A stretch of 62,828 nucleotides of DNA, counting the filler, from Candidatus Woesearchaeota archaeon (GTDB lineage Archaea; Nanobdellota; Nanobdellia; Woesearchaeales; GCA-2687795), in assembly GCA_030753365.1 (NCBI GenBank). It is 7 parts of 7 records of this genome, joined end to end, with 100 filler letters (N's around TTAATTAATTAA, not from the genome) between each part and the next. Parts side by side here need not be neighbours in the genome. Positions count along the whole stretch, not along the records: positions 45,507 to 62,828 come from JASMCJ010000038.1; 6 more parts are not named here. One strand, 5' to 3'. The notes below the pieces were generated by a model. The model did not search any database. It was not told the origin of the DNA and saw only the letters and a program-made list of their open reading frames with translations. A program made the translations under genes and the position numbers. Positions 58,730-62,828 of this stretch are shown in pieces; the first letter of the stretch is position 1, and each line of letters starts with the position of its first letter.

Positions 58730-60211
58730 TCATCTAAAAAAAGGTTCAACCACAAAAAGTTCAATAAACTTCTCCATCTTCACACCCACCTTGCCATACG
58801 TTGACAAAGCCTGCTCCGGAACCAGCGCCCCTCTAAAAACAGCAAGAGCCTTAGCCGCAGAATCAAACATCGTTCTCTCCAGCTGAGACTTATGGCACTT
58901 AATAGCCTCCATCTTTCTCTCCATCTCTATCTCTGACAAAGGCACAATCGTATTAAACTTCTTAGTATTAAACAAAGACCACACGCTCTCATAATTCCAT
59001 AACTCAACATGTTTGCCATTCAACTCACTATCTTCAAGCGCTCTAATCACAATCTCTCTTGACGCAACATGAGTAGGATGATCATCATCTTTATGTGGTA
59101 GCATAATAATATCCGGCTTCAAAGCTCTAATTTCTTCCTCAATAATCTTAACATCCTCCTCAACCATTGACAAATCATCATAAAACTTCAGCCTGCAAAA
59201 ATGCGGCACACACTTCAACAAACCACAATCCTCTTTACTTTCCTTCTCTCTAACAAGCATCCTCTCTTCAGGAGAACTCTTCCCACTAATCACTGCATGA
59301 TGCCCTGCAGTCATAACAAACACATGAACCTCATTATCAGAAGACAGTTTTGCAATCGTGCCACCTATATTTATGGAAGAATCATCAGGATGAGGGGAAA
59401 CAACCATAATAGTCTTATCCTTTGGCACCAAAGAATTCATAACAACATTAAACCCTCTCAAAGACATCATCCTCTTCAACTCATCGCTCTTCAGCAACCC
59501 TGCCGCCTCCCTATCCAAAATCAAAGTGCAATCAGTATGATACCTCAGCAACGATGCCGGGCATCCCAAACCAATATCACCTTCAACCATAGCCTTCACT
59601 GCAGCAGCCTTTTGTTTCCCGCTAGCCAGCACAACAATCCTCTTAGCATTAAAAATAGTTCTCAACCCCATACTAAGAGCAAACTTAGGAACCTCTCCAA
59701 TTGATTTAAAAAACCTTGAATTATCCTTTATAGTATTCTGCGACAATTCAACCTTATGCGTCAGGCTATTAAAAGGAGTATCAGGTTCATTAAACCCAAC
59801 ATGGCCATTCGAGCCAATCCCAAGAATCTGTAAATCAATCCCTCTCTTATTAATCAACTCTTCATACCTTCTGCACTCCACTGCAGCATCCTTAGCAAGT
59901 CCGTCAAGAAGGTTAATATTCTCCTTCTTCAGATTAACACTATCAAAAAGATTTTCATGCATAAAATAAGAATAACTCTGTTCATCCTTCTTCTCAATAG
60001 GATAATACTCATCAAGGTTAAAAGTAGTAACCTCATAAAAATCTCCCTTTCCACTTTTACAGGCAGAAATCAACTCTTTATACATCCCAACAGGAGTTGA
60101 ACCAGTAGCAAACCCTAAAACCATATCCTTCTTAGAAGCAATATCTCTAAGAACAATCTCTGCAACCTTCTTTGAAAGCTCCTCATAATCCTCTGCAACA
60201 ATAATTTTCAT
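58730..60211 (-). CDS. nagB: Glucosamine-6-phosphate deaminase fused to a PIG-L/LmbE deacetylase
   Basis: GFATGSTP, FNLDEY, GIGSNGHVGFNEP; then SPHPDD, DDHPTH, CHKSQ. Confidence 0.92.
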   Translation of the reverse strand: MKIIVAEDYEELSKKVAEIVLRDIASKKDMVLGFATGSTPVGMYKELISACKSGKGDFYEVTTFNLDEYYPIEKKDEQSYSYFMHENLFDSVNLKKENINLLDGLAKDAAVECRRYEELINKRGIDLQILGIGSNGHVGFNEPDTPFNSLTHKVELSQNTIKDNSRFFKSIGEVPKFALSMGLRTIFNAKRIVVLASGKQKAAAVKAMVEGDIGLGCPASLLRYHTDCTLILDREAAGLLKSDELKRMMSLRGFNVVMNSLVPKDKTIMVVSPHPDDSSINIGGTIAKLSSDNEVHVFVMTAGHHAVISGKSSPEERMLVREKESKEDCGLLKCVPHFCRLKFYDDLSMVEEDVKIIEEEIRALKPDIIMLPHKDDDHPTHVASREIVIRALEDSELNGKHVELWNYESVWSLFNTKKFNTIVPLSEIEMERKMEAIKCHKSQLERTMFDSAAKALAVFRGALVPEQALSTYGKVGVKMEKFIELFVVEPFFR

Positions 60212-60238
60212 TACATGCTCACTTCATTCACAACAAAA

Positions 60239-60311
60239 TAGCCCTGCCAGGATTCGAACCTGAGTCGCAAGGCCCAGAACCTCGCATGCTTGGCCGCTAC
60301 ACTACAGGGCT
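60239..60311 (-). tRNA. tRNA-Gln(CTG)
   Basis: Acceptor AGCCCTG/CAGGGCT (archaeal A1-U72), loop TT-CTG-GG, TTCGAAT T-loop. Confidence 0.95.
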
Positions 60312-60409
60312 GTATAACACTAAGAGTATATAATTGATTTATAAATCTTTATAATGATTTTATGATTTTAATCACAACATTATTATACAAACAACCCTTA
60401 TTCTACCAA

Positions 60410-60742
60410 ATGCCACGGGGAAGACCATTAACATCTCAAATCAGAAAAAATCTAATTGAAATACTCTACTTTCTTGGAAAAGGCTACGGCTATAACATCT
60501 ACAAAACCTATCTCGCCATCTACCCAAAAGTAACCCTAAGGTCAATCTACCATCACCTAAGAAAAGGCGCTGACTTAGGAGAATTCAAAATAGAGAAAAT
60601 CGCTCCAGAAAAAGGCTCTTACAGCTGGGGCGACCAGGCAGAAAAAATCTACTACCGCTTAGGCCCAAACGCAGAGCCTACTGGCGATATAAGAGTGAAG
60701 AAGTTTTTAGAGAAAGATTTTAAAACACCATCTGATTCTTAA
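60410..60742 (+). CDS. Hypothetical winged-helix-like protein
   Basis: MPRGRP..IEILY..GYGYNIYK..VTLRSIYHHL..KIYYRL (PadR-like pattern). Confidence 0.7.
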   Translation: MPRGRPLTSQIRKNLIEILYFLGKGYGYNIYKTYLAIYPKVTLRSIYHHLRKGADLGEFKIEKIAPEKGSYSWGDQAEKIYYRLGPNAEPTGDIRVKKFLEKDFKTPSDS

Positions 60743-60748
60743 CTAATA

Positions 60749-61312
60749 ATGAAACTTGATGAGCAATTAGAAGAAAGATTAAAGTCTGAAGCAATAAAAT
60801 ACTTAGAACAAGGAAAACCTGACTGGGACATTCCTCACACCCTTGCTACTGTACATTGGATGAGACAACTAATAGAAAAAGAAGGCGGTGATGAACGGAC
60901 TCTTGTAACAACAATGTATCTTCATGATGTAGGATACCCTGAATTAAAAAAAGGTTATGACTTTGATGACTTAATGAAAAGTAAGAAACATCATGCACAA
61001 AATGGGGCTGAGATAGCAGAAGAAATACTCACAAATTTAGAATACTCTCCAACAGAAGTTAAAACAATTATAAAACTAGTTGGTGACCATTATAATAAAG
61101 AAAATATTAACACACATGACTTACAATTAGTTATAGAAGCAGATGGCTTAGCAAAAATAGATTGGGAAAGAGTAACACCTAACTTTGACAAAGAAAACTG
61201 CTTAAAATATTTAGATTATTTCAAAGGTAGAACAGCACCACAGTTTAGAACAAACACAGGAAAAAGATCACTAAAAGAATTATTACAGAAAGCTGAAAAC
61301 TATTGGAAATAA
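60749..61312 (+). CDS. HD-domain protein
   Basis: PHTLATV, YLHDVGY, HAQNG, EADGL. Confidence 0.88.
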   Translation: MKLDEQLEERLKSEAIKYLEQGKPDWDIPHTLATVHWMRQLIEKEGGDERTLVTTMYLHDVGYPELKKGYDFDDLMKSKKHHAQNGAEIAEEILTNLEYSPTEVKTIIKLVGDHYNKENINTHDLQLVIEADGLAKIDWERVTPNFDKENCLKYLDYFKGRTAPQFRTNTGKRSLKELLQKAENYWK

Positions 61313-61315
61313 CCA

Positions 61316-61882
61316 CTAAGCATCCACAAAAATCCTATGCTTCTCTTCACCTTTAAGCTCATTCATAATCCTATGAATAATAATCTTCTTAGGGTCCGGC
61401 AATAGCTTAACCCTCTTCTTCAGATCAACAAAATCCTTAAAAGGCTCCACTCTCCTTTCCTCTATAATCTCCCACATATGCTTCTTGCCCAATCCTGGCA
61501 ATAGCTCTAACTGATGCATCCTTGTACTCAAAGGAGTAGAATTATTAAAAAAGTCAACAAACCTTTTCTCACTCTCATCAACAAGCTTCTCCACTGAATA
61601 TATAAGCTCAGCCTTTGCAGTGCCCGTAAGCCTTTCCAAAGGAAGCTTCCCAAGAATATGATGAATCTCTTCTCTTTTACCTTCTCCTATATATATAACA
61701 TCTCCTGGCTGCAGCTGTCTTATCTCCTTCTTTGGCACAAGCTCAAGCAGCACAAAGTGTTCTTTTCCTAAAACCTGAACAATAGCATTCTTTCTATGTG
61801 ACGGTGTATTATCAAACGGATACCCGTTAGGCAGGTAATCCAGGACAATTGCTTTTTCCTCTTTTATTACTTTATTAATCAT
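61316..61882 (-). CDS. DUF655 family putative RNA-binding protein
   Basis: VLDYLP.G, LLEL, RMHQLELLPGLGKK; conserved rpl21e-rpoF-DUF655 order. Confidence 0.92.
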   Translation of the reverse strand: MINKVIKEEKAIVLDYLPNGYPFDNTPSHRKNAIVQVLGKEHFVLLELVPKKEIRQLQPGDVIYIGEGKREEIHHILGKLPLERLTGTAKAELIYSVEKLVDESEKRFVDFFNNSTPLSTRMHQLELLPGLGKKHMWEIIEERRVEPFKDFVDLKKRVKLLPDPKKIIIHRIMNELKGEEKHRIFVDA

Positions 61883-61903
61883 TACTCTTCCCCCAAAAAA
61901 CTT

Positions 61904-62251
61904 TCACTTCTTCTTCACAAACTCTTTTACAGTATCTAATATCTTCTTAAGATTATCATTATTTATTGTAATAGTATATGCCTGAAGCAGTGATTTAAGT
62001 TCTTCCATTGAAGCAGGCAATATATCAACAATCTTGCATATATGCTTCTCTTTCAGCCTTGGTACATCAAGCTTTGTAAGCTTTTCAACCAATGTTTTGC
62101 TATCTTTATATGAAAGCTTAGCAAACTGGTTCAAGTATTCTACTGTCTTATTAACCCTTATATTAAGTTCGTCCTCTTTTACTTTTGACAAACTTTCCTT
62201 AACTTCAGCCATTGTAAGAGGATTCTCTGAGATTATGTTTTTTGTATGCAT
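61904..62251 (-). CDS. rpoF: RNA polymerase subunit Rpo4 (F)
   Basis: LTMAEVK, EYLNQF, KIVDILP; gene order. Confidence 0.88.
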   Translation of the reverse strand: MHTKNIISENPLTMAEVKESLSKVKEDELNIRVNKTVEYLNQFAKLSYKDSKTLVEKLTKLDVPRLKEKHICKIVDILPASMEELKSLLQAYTITINNDNLKKILDTVKEFVKKK

Positions 62252-62268
62252 TTTGTGTGCCTCCTTGA

Positions 62269-62565
62269 TTATACCTTCCTCAAATGAACAGGATGTATCA
62301 TCAATGTTTTTTGCTTGCCTTTTTTCATGTCATTAATAGACACAGTATAACAATTCCCTTTCTTTCCTTTAACTACTCCTATTTTTGAATGGAATCTTCT
62401 AAAATAAACTCCTTTCTGTATGCTTGGCTCTACTTTCAAAAGAACTTTTTCTCCTTCCTTAAATTCCTGAAAATACTTCCTAAGGCTTATTTTACCCTTC
62501 TCTCTTATATTCTTACTAAACTTGTTTCTAGTCTTTCTTCTTGCTCCGCCAGTTCTTTTAACCAT
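62269..62565 (-). CDS. rpl21e: 50S ribosomal protein eL21
   Basis: RRKTR, FKEGEKV, PSIQKG..RFH...G.V, HPVHL. Confidence 0.95.
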   Translation of the reverse strand: MVKRTGGARRKTRNKFSKNIREKGKISLRKYFQEFKEGEKVLLKVEPSIQKGVYFRRFHSKIGVVKGKKGNCYTVSINDMKKGKQKTLMIHPVHLRKV

Positions 62566-62775
62566 TTTTAATATTCCCCCAACTATTTAAACTCTATAAG
62601 TAGCCCTATTATAAAAATCTTTTTATTGTATCTATATTATTTTGATGATTTCAGATTATATAAAGCTAAATTAACTTATCTCCTAGTTTCATATCTTAAT
62701 CCTTTACAAAAAGCGAAAGATATATAAATGAGCTTATGTTCAATTGTTTATATATTTCTCTTTATGGTTTTACAA

Positions 62776-62828
62776 ATGAAGGAAGAAGAACAACTTAAAA
62801 CAGGAACAACCACTATTGGTTTAGTTGG
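62776..62828 (+). CDS. psmB: Proteasome beta subunit, 5' fragment
   Basis: MKEEEQLKTG/TTTIGLV propeptide and catalytic Thr motif. Confidence 0.75.
   Translation, partial: MKEEEQLKTGTTTIGLV

Noticed and set aside
41498..59704. Long antisense ORFs (e.g. 41498-42076, 43102-43641, 56782-57432, 59201-59704)
   Set aside because: Shadow frames of well-supported genes, explained by strand-biased codon usage.

Overview
This window is not one continuous locus. It is seven assembly contigs joined by six artificial 100-nt linkers (N44-TTAATTAATTAA-N44). The last two contigs share an exact 141-bp overlap and are probably contiguous. Gene content points to an archaeon, most likely DPANN (Woesearchaeota-like; inference): eS17, uS15, eL21, Rpo4, Alba, RFC-S, pelota, Pth2, class I LysRS, AMP phosphorylase, proteasome beta, TATA/BRE promoters, and tRNAs with bulge-helix-bulge-type introns. 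Most of it is housekeeping and nucleotide/SAM salvage. There are five tRNAs (two with T-loop introns, one of which carries two introns) and two inteins. The most striking unexplained signal is a dispersed double-hairpin element in four diverged copies, consensus ATGTCAARAAYCAC...GTGGTTYTTGAGCATGCTCAGAA...TTCTGACAT. Its stems show compensatory changes and its loops vary. Two copies bracket a 58-aa short-histone gene missed by the ORF track, and one sits in-frame inside the signal region of a surface-protein gene. Other points of interest: a stand-alone rnfC-rnfD pair followed by a Cys-rich microprotein and a ZIP transporter; a decaying radical SAM/HD island next to tRNA-Arg; two further non-autonomous mobile-element types; an attC-like cassette region; and several pseudogene remnants. 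All family assignments come from motif recognition, not database searches.
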